Shown here: piece by piece, positions 7,725 to 17,100 of the stretch
Numbering within the stretch: position 1 is the stretch's first letter
Layout of the letters: each line of letters begins with the position of its first letter
IMG/VR virus record: IMGVR_UViG_3300003320_000766
Length of the DNA: 64,000 nt
Strand: one strand, 5' to 3'
Source of the DNA: a virus
Translations under genes and position numbers: made by a program
The notes under the pieces: generated by a model
Seen by the model: only the letters and a program-made list of their open reading frames with translations
What the model was told of the DNA's origin: nothing
Database searches by the model: none

Positions 7725-8207
7725 ATGACCAAAGAAGAACTTTTGAAGCAAATGGGCTTTAATGAATATAAGAAGGCTCAATTATCTTGTGAGGCTTGTG
7801 TAATAGAATCTTCTGACAAACAAGTAAAGCAAATGCCACGCCATACCTGTGGCTTAGATGGGCCAAACGATAACGATATGGAAAAAGAAAAAAATAATAC
7901 TCAGCAAGTAATCCAAAAAGATTCTAAAGCTGCATATAACGCTAAAGTACTTAAGACAGCGGAAGAACTGGCGAAGATAGAATATGAAGAAAGATCCACT
8001 GCCTTCTGTGATGAATTCACCTGGGACGCACTGGACCAGCATGCCCAGGAGGTGGCTATATCGGCTCAAATGAGAGCAGCTCACGCAATGATTGATAGAG
8101 AACTCAAGTCTTTTGAAGATGGATATCTGACAGCCGTCAATCATCTGAAAGGCGGTTATATGCCAGACTGGAAATCTACAGCGGCTAAGCGCGGACTTAT
8201 TCCATGA
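7725..8207 (+). CDS. Hypothetical protein
   Basis: ORF track; N-terminal CEAC..HTC. Confidence 0.65.
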   Translation: MTKEELLKQMGFNEYKKAQLSCEACVIESSDKQVKQMPRHTCGLDGPNDNDMEKEKNNTQQVIQKDSKAAYNAKVLKTAEELAKIEYEERSTAFCDEFTWDALDQHAQEVAISAQMRAAHAMIDRELKSFEDGYLTAVNHLKGGYMPDWKSTAAKRGLIP

Positions 8208-8215
8208 TACCAAAA

Positions 8216-8693
8216 CAGACAAACCACAGAAGATGAAATACGATAATTTAATTCAGGAAATTGCAGAACGATTTGCGCGAAGAAAAAATAATGCCTTCGA
8301 TTCTCTTCCAAGCTGGATAAAGAAAAGAAACATAAGCGCCCAAAAGATAAATGCTGAAATCGCAATGCAATTTGGATATGAAATGTTTCAAAAAGGATAT
8401 GTGTCGGCACATCTTAGAAGCGGCACTGATCCTTATGAATTCCTGCACATGGATGCTAGTTTAAACGGGATAATACCTAATGAAGATGGGACAGATAATA
8501 AATCAACATGAATTTAAGAATTTTGTTCACTCAGAGCTGGGTGTAAAAGAATTTCAATGTATTCATTGTGAATGCGTAGAAGTATGGGATGCGATAGAAG
8601 GTATTTTTTATAAGACGCATAAAGACGCGGGATATCCACTGCTTTCGTTGGAAGAAATGCCGCCATGTATAACCAGACAAACCACAGAAGATG
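8216..8693 (+). repeat. 20-bp exact direct repeat CAGACAAACCACAGAAGATG (8216-8235 and 8674-8693)
   Basis: Both copies end on the ATG of the next gene (8233, 8691). Confidence 0.85.
8233..8511 (+). CDS. Hypothetical protein
   Basis: ORF track. Confidence 0.6.
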   Translation: MKYDNLIQEIAERFARRKNNAFDSLPSWIKKRNISAQKINAEIAMQFGYEMFQKGYVSAHLRSGTDPYEFLHMDASLNGIIPNEDGTDNKST

Positions 8694-8704
8694 GAAAAAA
8701 ATAG
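8480..8704 (+). CDS. HEW-type zinc-finger paralog 2
   Basis: INQHEF..FQCIHCEC...MPPCITRQ. Confidence 0.6.
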   Translation: MKMGQIINQHEFKNFVHSELGVKEFQCIHCECVEVWDAIEGIFYKTHKDAGYPLLSLEEMPPCITRQTTEDGKK

Positions 8705-8939
8705 TAATCGTTTTACGCAAGCCATATTGAATTTAGATGGTACGCATGATGACTGGGATTTATACTTTGTAAAATTCTACGATGATGATAATGTCGTTGC
8801 TGTAAGGGCGGAAAATTCATCTAAGGCGGAGGTTTTGGCAATGGCAACGAGAATATTAGATGAAAAACCTTATGGGGTAGAAAGGGTGACTAATAATCAT
8901 ACTGGAGAATATTTCCCATCAATAGTTTCAATATACTAA
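8691..8939 (+). CDS. Hypothetical acidic protein
   Basis: ORF track. Confidence 0.6.
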   Translation: MEKNSNRFTQAILNLDGTHDDWDLYFVKFYDDDNVVAVRAENSSKAEVLAMATRILDEKPYGVERVTNNHTGEYFPSIVSIY

Positions 8940-8942
8940 ACT

Positions 8943-9155
8943 ATGGAACAGACAATAAACCCGCATGAGTGGCGGATGTTTAGACGAACCCGCATACTTG
9001 AAACAAAGAAATGTAATATATGCGGATGCAGGAAAATAAAAAGTCTGCTATTCCATCAACCTGTACACTATTCTTTAAATGGCGTCATTTTAACAGAAAA
9101 TCCGCCATGTATAAACAGACTACAGACAAAGGAGGCTGCAAACGATGCCACATGA
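8943..9155 (+). CDS. HEW-type zinc-finger paralog 3
   Basis: INPHEW..KKCNICGC...NPPCINR. Confidence 0.6.
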   Translation: MEQTINPHEWRMFRRTRILETKKCNICGCRKIKSLLFHQPVHYSLNGVILTENPPCINRLQTKEAANDAT

Positions 9156-9351
9156 ATGGGAAGAAACTGGAAAGTATATTTTTCCAAATGGAGAAACGAT
9201 CACATATTATCGATGTCCGCTATGCAGGAAGCATAAGAAAGAAGGTAGCGCAGTCGGTGGATGGGTAATGTATGAAGGCGATACAGATGGGATGGGAGAC
9301 CCAGGATGTAATCCGGAATCGACTGAAAAGTACGAAAGAGTCCCGGAATAA
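9145..9351 (+). CDS. HEW-type zinc-finger paralog 4
   Basis: PHEWE..YRCPLC...DPGCNP. Confidence 0.6.
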   Translation: MPHEWEETGKYIFPNGETITYYRCPLCRKHKKEGSAVGGWVMYEGDTDGMGDPGCNPESTEKYERVPE

Positions 9352-9379
9352 CCGAGACTCTTTACTAACGCTCTGTTTA

Positions 9380-9736
9380 TTAGATATAATTGATGTCCCA
9401 GTAAATAGAGTAATTACCCGGAACAATTGGGCTTTGTGGCTTCAATACTACGCAATACGTATACACGGCAGTAATAATAGCTGCACGACCCACCCAGTCA
9501 GAAGACCTACAGTATGGATTGGGATAAGGCCAAGGCAGACCATCACAGTCTTGCCATCCACAGTATCCCCCGGTATATGCCTGAGGATAAACAACATCGC
9601 CAACATGTGGAGTTCTTTTCTTTACATTGTTTTCTTTGATAACAGGAGCTTTCTTGATAGGTTTTGCCTCATGTGCGAATACAGTTAGTGTAATCAAGAT
9701 AGCACAAATGGCCAAAGCAATTTTGAAAATTTTCAT
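9380..9736 (-). CDS. Secreted Cys-containing protein (moron-like)
   Basis: Start ATG 9736: MKIFKIALAICAILITLTVFA signal peptide; four Cys in the mature part; own promoter. Confidence 0.7.
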   Translation of the reverse strand: MKIFKIALAICAILITLTVFAHEAKPIKKAPVIKENNVKKRTPHVGDVVYPQAYTGGYCGWQDCDGLPWPYPNPYCRSSDWVGRAAIITAVYTYCVVLKPQSPIVPGNYSIYWDINYI

Positions 9737-9774
9737 TTGTTTGGTTTTGGTTATTTGAAAAATGTTAACACTCG

Positions 9775-9782
9775 CAAAGCTA
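9775..9782 (-). promoter_or_regulatory. Bacteroidota sigma-A -7 box TAGCTTTG
   Basis: Exact TAnnTTTG about 40 nt upstream of the 9736 start, T-tract further upstream. Confidence 0.65.
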
Positions 9783-9847
9783 GATGCTATATCTCTTGTA
9801 AAAAAAGGGATTTTTCCTGTTTTTTTATCAATAAAATTTATATACAA

Positions 9848-10030
9848 ATGAATTATTACGTAGTTGTAAGCCAAACGAAACATCCTGATTATCCAATAGT
9901 TTCTGGATATAAGGTAGAAGCTCCCATACAGATAGATGCTGAACGAATAGCAAAAGAGCTATTTTGTATAGATACGGGCTATTTATTGCATGAGACTAAA
10001 ATCAACCACACAACTACAATCAAAAAATAA
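9848..10030 (+). CDS. Hypothetical 60-aa protein
   Basis: ORF track 9737-10030; ATG 9848 preferred. Confidence 0.55.
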   Translation: MNYYVVVSQTKHPDYPIVSGYKVEAPIQIDAERIAKELFCIDTGYLLHETKINHTTTIKK

Positions 10031-10039
10031 ATTATTTTT

Positions 10040-10336
10040 ATGGAAAATCAGAATATGGAAGACAAAGTTTATACTGTGCCTGGGCCTGATGGGAAGACAC
10101 CGATTTTTGTGAAAGAGTCTGAAATGACTCATGAACAAATCGGTTTTTACATAAAGAAGATGGTAGAAGTATACAATCAGTCCCCAATCCTTGCACGAGA
10201 TTATTTTACTAAGGGCCTAATAAGCTCTGTAGGGATTACAGAAGATGTACTTGCTGCTATTGGCCTTCAAATAGACTTGTCAGTGCCGGAAGGAGCCACA
10301 AAGCCACAAAGAGGAGCAAGTGGCCTTATAATATAA
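10040..10336 (+). CDS. Hypothetical protein
   Basis: ORF track; last gene before the terminator. Confidence 0.65.
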   Translation: MENQNMEDKVYTVPGPDGKTPIFVKESEMTHEQIGFYIKKMVEVYNQSPILARDYFTKGLISSVGITEDVLAAIGLQIDLSVPEGATKPQRGASGLII

Positions 10337-10366
10337 AAAAAGGAGACCAATTAAGGTCTCCTTTTT
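10337..10366. terminator. Bidirectional intrinsic terminator
   Basis: AAAAAGGAGACC-aattaa-GGTCTCCTTTTT at the convergence of the two transcription blocks. Confidence 0.85.
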
Positions 10367-10434
10367 CAAAGCAAGGAAGAGATGCAGACTGTGGCCTTTG
10401 AGCTCAGAGCACTTCGGGAAGCACATAAAGATAC

Positions 10435-10465
10435 AAAAAAGGAAGAAATTATTCTTCCTTTTTTT
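10435..10465. terminator. Second hairpin, likely terminator of the late operon
   Basis: AAAAAAGGAAGAA-atta-TTCTTCCTTTTTT about 60 nt downstream of the endolysin. Confidence 0.55.
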
Positions 10466-10522
10466 CTCAACAAATGGAACCGAAAAGACAAACTTGGCCT
10501 ATGCTATTAAGTCACTCAAATA

Positions 10523-11173
10523 TCATACCTCTTTAGAAGATACTATATCGAATGCTTTCTTAGCCCTTTCCCAATATTCCATCCTTTCTTTATATCCATT
10601 AAGCCCTCCATTTATCCGTTTCGTAAGATTTTTAAAATCCCCTTGGTCTGCCAATTCATTTAAATTATTTTTTTGCCAATAGAACATAGCAGATTGAACC
10701 GCTATCGTAGGAGTAGTGATATCGCCTGGACGTTCAAGAAGAATATTAGCGTCAGCATATATATGCTCGCTCAATTCTTTATAATTATCCTTTCCTGTCG
10801 TCTGGAATATTCCTCCCCCTCTATACTTGTATCCATCTCCACTTGCCTCTGGACCATTCCCCAATCTATTTGCATATACCCTATTACCAATTTTAGTTGG
10901 CTTTCCTATATATTGAAGGGCTATTTTAACAGATTGGAAATATTTTGGGAATATTTTCATCAATCTGGCACTATTAGTATACATTAAATTTTCACGAAAA
11001 CTAGTAAATCCCCCGCTTTCATGTGCGGCCTGAGCCAAAAATGCCGCCATTCTAACTGGTGTATTTATTTGATATTTTTCAGAATATTCATTTATCCAAA
11101 AGACAAGCTGATCACCCGTAGCAGCGCCCACACTTGGAGCAATGGCCTTCAACTGATTCTTAGTTATTTTCAT
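10523..11173 (-). CDS. Glycoside hydrolase family 19 endolysin
   Basis: AAFLAQAAHESGGF..EN; YRGGGIFQTTGKDNY; TKRINGGLNG. Confidence 0.92.
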   Translation of the reverse strand: MKITKNQLKAIAPSVGAATGDQLVFWINEYSEKYQINTPVRMAAFLAQAAHESGGFTSFRENLMYTNSARLMKIFPKYFQSVKIALQYIGKPTKIGNRVYANRLGNGPEASGDGYKYRGGGIFQTTGKDNYKELSEHIYADANILLERPGDITTPTIAVQSAMFYWQKNNLNELADQGDFKNLTKRINGGLNGYKERMEYWERAKKAFDIVSSKEV

Positions 11174-14100
11174 TTCTCTTCTTTTTTGAAATTAATTTGT
11201 CCTTTGAATTGTTTTTGAAGATCAGCTTTTGCTCTATCAGTAGCTCTTCTGGCTTTATATTCATCCGTCCATTTACTATCTTTCATCATCTGTAAATGAT
11301 ATTGACGTTGCTGGTTATAATATTCCAATTGTTCTCCAGTCCATTCTACTTCTTTATGATTAATCTTTATTTGCGGTTTGGAATTGGGATCATTCATTAA
11401 TCTCCAATAAGGGTCTCCTCTTTCTTTAGCTTTATTTCTATTCACCACCTGAGCTGCGGTATTTAAAATACGACGGGAATCGCCTTCAGCAAAGCCAAAT
11501 ATACTCGCTATATTATACATAGCCGTCATTGTCAATAACACTTTTTCCTGAGGCGTAGTAGCAACTACTTGGCCTTTTTTATTCGTATATGTGGTGAGAA
11601 CATTTTTCATATAATCCCAGTTATCCAAATTTGGATTAATGAGAATGTTAGCTCCTGGATACGCATTGGACCTATAATTAGGGTTATCTTTTATTCTATA
11701 AATAAATTCATCGTCTCCAATTGCTTTATTGATACCTTTTGCTACTAGATCAATTGAAAAATTACCAAGCAAGCCAAAGAACATATTCATAGCTGATTCA
11801 CTAATTACTTTATGCCAAAAATCTTCATCCTTCTTTGGTGGTGGTTCAACCCCTATTGCAGACAGCAATCCATACGCTAACGGTTTTATAACATATCCTG
11901 TTAATGCACCGCGAGCTGCCTGAAAAGCCAATTCTGCCACCATCCTTGAACCAATTGATCGTAATGCCGTTAATTTTTGATTCAACAAATTTTTATTCCT
12001 GTATCCATCTTTCCATGAAAGTGCATTTGTTGTAAGAGTTGCAATATCATTGGCCAACAATGCATTGTTATTCATATTGAATGAAGAGAACGGTAATAAT
12101 ATCGCGCGTGTTAAAGACCCACCACCAGAAGAACGTGCATAAAAATCTGACTGACTTGCCTTGGAATTAACGTTTAATCTGGCAGATGTCATTAATTGAG
12201 CATAATCCCTTGCTTCTCTATTTATGTTATCAGCTTCTTGTTTCCAATCTACTTCGTTGAAACTTTTAACTATCCCTTGCTTTTTAAGAGAAGAAACATA
12301 ATAAGACAACCATGCAACTTTAGCAGCCCATGTATCCGGCGCTTCAATCAAATGTGACAAAACATCCTGATCTTTCAATTCGGCATTTTTACCAACTCTA
12401 CTTAACGTATTTTTTATTTCACTTAATGCATGAGCATTCAACCATGCAGTTCCACCGAATGTATGACCACGCAATCCTATTTCTGATTGCTCAAATAATT
12501 TAGACAGATTTGCATTAGTTTCCTGGCCCTTAAAAATTGGTGGATATTTCAATAATGACTGTATAAATAACCCTGCATCCATGCCTAAATTAACCACTGT
12601 ATTTGCAATTATATCCGCTGGCTGTTTTATTAATTGTCCTACGGAAAAAAGCGCCATTCTTGCCCCTATTTTTGTGATTGCACCAGCAACATCTTGCGCA
12701 ATCACTTCAGCTGTTCCAGCATTCAATCCACGTTTACGTAATTTCATTTGGGCCTTTACCTGATTCTCTACATTCCTTGCCAATACCTTCATGTTTTGTG
12801 AACCAATTGCTTCTTTAAAACGACGATCTTCCAAAGCTTCCATGGCCTCCATTCTCGTTTTTAAAGTATATATGTCTTCTAACATGCTGGTAGCATTATA
12901 AATCTGAACATTATCGAAGTCATGATTTATTACACGCTTTCCAATACTTCTGCCTTCTGCATCTGTTACATCGATATTATTCAGATTATTAAAAGAATTC
13001 CTTTGCAATGATGCATTGGATGCCACATTCATATTTAATGGAGGAGTGAATCCAGATGATGCAATATTAGCTAAATCTCCTTCTGTGATATTAGTTTGCA
13101 ATGTTTTGTAACTATCTTTCATATAGTTATTAACATCATTAAATGGCCTATTCAATAGAGATTCGGATAGTTCACGAAATCTTTCTTTATGAGTATCGTA
13201 GAATGTTCTAAATAAATTATATACAGCCCTTTCTCCAGGAGATAAAATATCAGCTTTTTGCAAATCATCATATGATTTGATATTTTCAAAATATTTTTCG
13301 AAAATATCCTGCAAAGCAACTGCCTCTTCTCGATCAGACTGTTCATCGCTGTTAGACTTAATGGCTATATCCTGCATAACTATGCCTTTTCTTCTATCGA
13401 ACTCTTTTTGAGTTTCATCTTTATTGCCATAATTATTCTGAGCCAGATAGGCATATATTGATCTTTTGAAATTACTTTCATAAGTTCTTAACCCTTCTTC
13501 TTTATATTTTTTGTAAATGCCTTTTAAAGGTTGGATAACTGTTTTCTCCAATAATTGTTTAGCCTGGGCGTGTTGAGCTTTAAGATCACCCAATGCCGTT
13601 GCCTGATAAATCTGTCCAGCCACTTGCACGTCATTATTTGCTACTGCCAATGCAACAATGTCAGTTGAAGACAGCGCTTCCCTAAGAGCTCCCACATTAC
13701 TACTGAAAGCCTGTCTACTTATCGATTTCCCTGTTTTTTCAAAAAAATCCAGTATTCCTTTAGCTCTCTGTTGTCCTTTAAATTTTGCATCATAGGCTTC
13801 TACCATCGAAAAATCATTGTTCACAAGAATGTTATCAATGACATTTTTGAACGTTGATAATTCTTTATTACTCATATTATCAACATTCAACTCTAACATC
13901 GATTTCACCCATTCCTTTTGTTGCTCATTAGCATTAAAATCTGGTGCTTCTAATGCCAGAGATAAAAATGTCTTCCCTGCTTCTATAAGAGGCATTATTC
14001 TGTTTCTTATTTTACTGGTAGCCGGAGCGTTATTAACCGCTTTTATTTCATCATATATATCGTCAATAGATACATAATTACCACCTTCTTCTACTTGCCT

Positions 14101-17100
14101 TTCAAAGGCCAACATAGCCTGCCTTAAAGCCTTTAACTCATTTGCCTTTCCATCCAAAGATAATTCCCTACTTCCCATGACAGCATCGACAATTGTATTA
14201 AATTCCTCTCTATTTAGAAAATTGCTAACTCTATATTCAGTATTATTTTCCAGGGCCAGCGTCACGGTATTTATATATCTATCCTTAAGATCATTTGCTC
14301 TTTCTCTTAAGGCAATTTGTCTTTGGGTATCGATAAAATTAATAATGTCATCATCGCTTTCAACCAATATATCCTTTCCCTCTAAAGAATTTACTACATT
14401 ACTTAGCATAGCATTAAAGCGTAAAACCTCTTGGATTTGTAGAGGATTTACAGCTTTCAACGCCTTTAAAACTGAGGTTCCCAAAACTTTGCTTTTCCGA
14501 TTCAAATTAGCCGTCAAAACAGAATTTGATTTAATTAACGTTCCGAGCCTGGATTGCAATGCTTTAATACTTTGAAGAGTCCCTGCTACAGAGCTATTAT
14601 CAATTAACTTCTGTAGGAAGTTAGAGAAATCCTCTAATCCTTCTTCATTACGAATATTACTTACGGTCTTCCCCATGTTGATAAGGTCACGCTCTGTAAA
14701 CGTACCTGAACTCAACAAATCGGAGTCATATAAATTCTTCAAAATGCTTCGTACCTCCTCCTGCACCGATCTCATTTCTTGTAGTGATGCTTGATATCCT
14801 AATTTACTGCCCCTCTCCATAAATGCCAATTGCCTGCGCAGCAAAGACATCTCAGTTGCAGTAACCATTTTTGGATTATTTTGCCTCAAATTTTTCAATA
14901 TCGAATTGGCAGTTACTTTATTATCATTTGAAGATATCATCTCCTTTAATACTGCCACATATGTATCAAGTTCAAGTTCATCCAGACCCAGCTCTGAATT
15001 AAATTCTTTTAATCCCATATCAGGATTATTTTTTAACAACTCCAACCCCTGGGTTAATTTTCTAATACCGAGTCTTAATTCCCTGGCCTGAGCACGTGCA
15101 TCTGAAGCACTTTCAGGAGTATTATTTTGTTCTGCTTCGGTGATCTTCTTTTGCTCCCAAGCTCTTAGCCTTTTCAAATATTGTTTATAAGTTTCTCCTT
15201 CTTGTTTTAATGGAGCCGGATCATCGGAAGCAACCTGCCACGCGCGTCTCATATGCTCGTTAATCGTCTCTCCAATTTTTGAAGCGAATTCCTCCAAAGA
15301 CCTCACACCTTGGGCGATATAAATTTTTGCCATCTGGATATAATTGGCAATAATTCTTGCATCAGCCCTTGCATTTGCTTCAGGACTTATACCTAAAACA
15401 TTTTTTCTTTTTTGTTCCCTAAGCGCAGCATTTTCTTTGGCCATTGCCTTGATATACGCTTTCTCTGCTTCTCTTTGTTGATTTTTAGCCGATTCATAAA
15501 ATTTTTTACGGGCCTGATATTCAGCTGACCTTTTATCTTTTACAGCTTCCAGATCAGCCTTCCTTTTAGCAACTAAATTATTTGCCTCATTCAGTTTAAT
15601 CACAGCTTGTCCAACATCACTTATTGGCCTGCTGGCTGGCTCGGCTTGGCTATTTTCAGGCGTAAGCTGACTCCCTTCTGCTTGAGCAGCCTTGGCTCCT
15701 TTATATATGGAGATAAGCTCGTTTTTGGAATATTGATTTATCCTACCGCGAACAGCGTTATTAGGGTCCGCATCCAAGATTCCATTATATAGATCACCCA
15801 TGGACATTTGTTCAATATCCTTGTTTTCCTGATCTGTTAATCCACCAGTTTCAGATACAGGTGTTCCTTCTTCCTGTTCAATATACACGAGAGGATTAAA
15901 GTCTTCTTCAGAGGAAGGAGTAGCTACCTCCTCGCTAGTCTGAGGGGTAGCCTGCTCCTCTGTGGTTGTTACGCCTTTTTCTTCTTGGCCCGTTCCTTCA
16001 CTGAGAACGCTATTGCCAATGCCTGTTTCTGCGGTTTGCCCGCTTTCATTTCCGCTTGGACGTTCTTGCTGAACGCCTCCTTGCTGCTCGATTTGATTAG
16101 TGGCATTTTCGTTTTGATTTACTGGTGAGACAATAGGAGCCGCCTCAGTAGCCTGTAATTGATCTGCCGCAGGCGGTGCCGTTTCATTAACTGTAGTAAC
16201 ACCTTCTGTAGGTGAAGTCTCCTGAACAGGTTGTTCATTTGAAATGTTTTCGTTAATACTATTCTTTTCTCTGAGGTCTGCCCAATATTTGGTATCTAAG
16301 TCAGCATATCTGGTTGCATCTTCATCAGAAATATTTGAACCATAATTTCCTTTGCTAATAAATTCTTGTGCAGTTATTTTCCCATCTAAATAGTCATACG
16401 CATTTTGAGCCTGTATTTTAGCATCTTTTAGCGCTTTTTCCTCATTCTCCCGCGCCCACTCCCTTCCATATTCCGTCATTGATGGATTAGCTTTTATATA
16501 ATCATCAATTGTCACATTATCAATCACAAACTGGGTAACAGGGGTATTACCTTTATCTTTCTGCTGGGATGATGTCGGCTGATTTTCCTCTACAGTAGAT
16601 ACTTCTGGAGCCTCTTTATTTACTGGAGTACGCTGAACAGGACGTAAGTCTTTTGCTATTTCTTCACCAGTGAAATCCTCACGAGTCCCATCTGGAAATT
16701 CCAGGGTATATATACCCTTATTTTCTGAAATTACTTTTACCTCTCCTATTCCAGGAGATTCCAATGTAGAGCCTACTGCATATGCAACCGTTGGAGCAGG
16801 CGCTTGTTCTTGGCTCGTTGCCTCTGTGGTCTGCACATTCTCTCCACTTCCTTGAATATTTTCTGAACTTTGCGTCTCGTTTGCGGAAGATATTTCTCCA
16901 CCTTCAGGCGTACTTGTAGATTGTGCTGTAGTTTGAGTATTTTCTTCTTCTCTAACATTTGTATTTTCATTTGCGGAAGGCTTTCTCATGGAGCCTTCCA
17001 ATATTTTGTCGTTTGCAATATAATATTCGTTCTGCCGGTCTTCCAACTGCGCTCTTCGCCTACTACCTTCAGGTAATGCTTCTGCCTGATTTTTATATGC

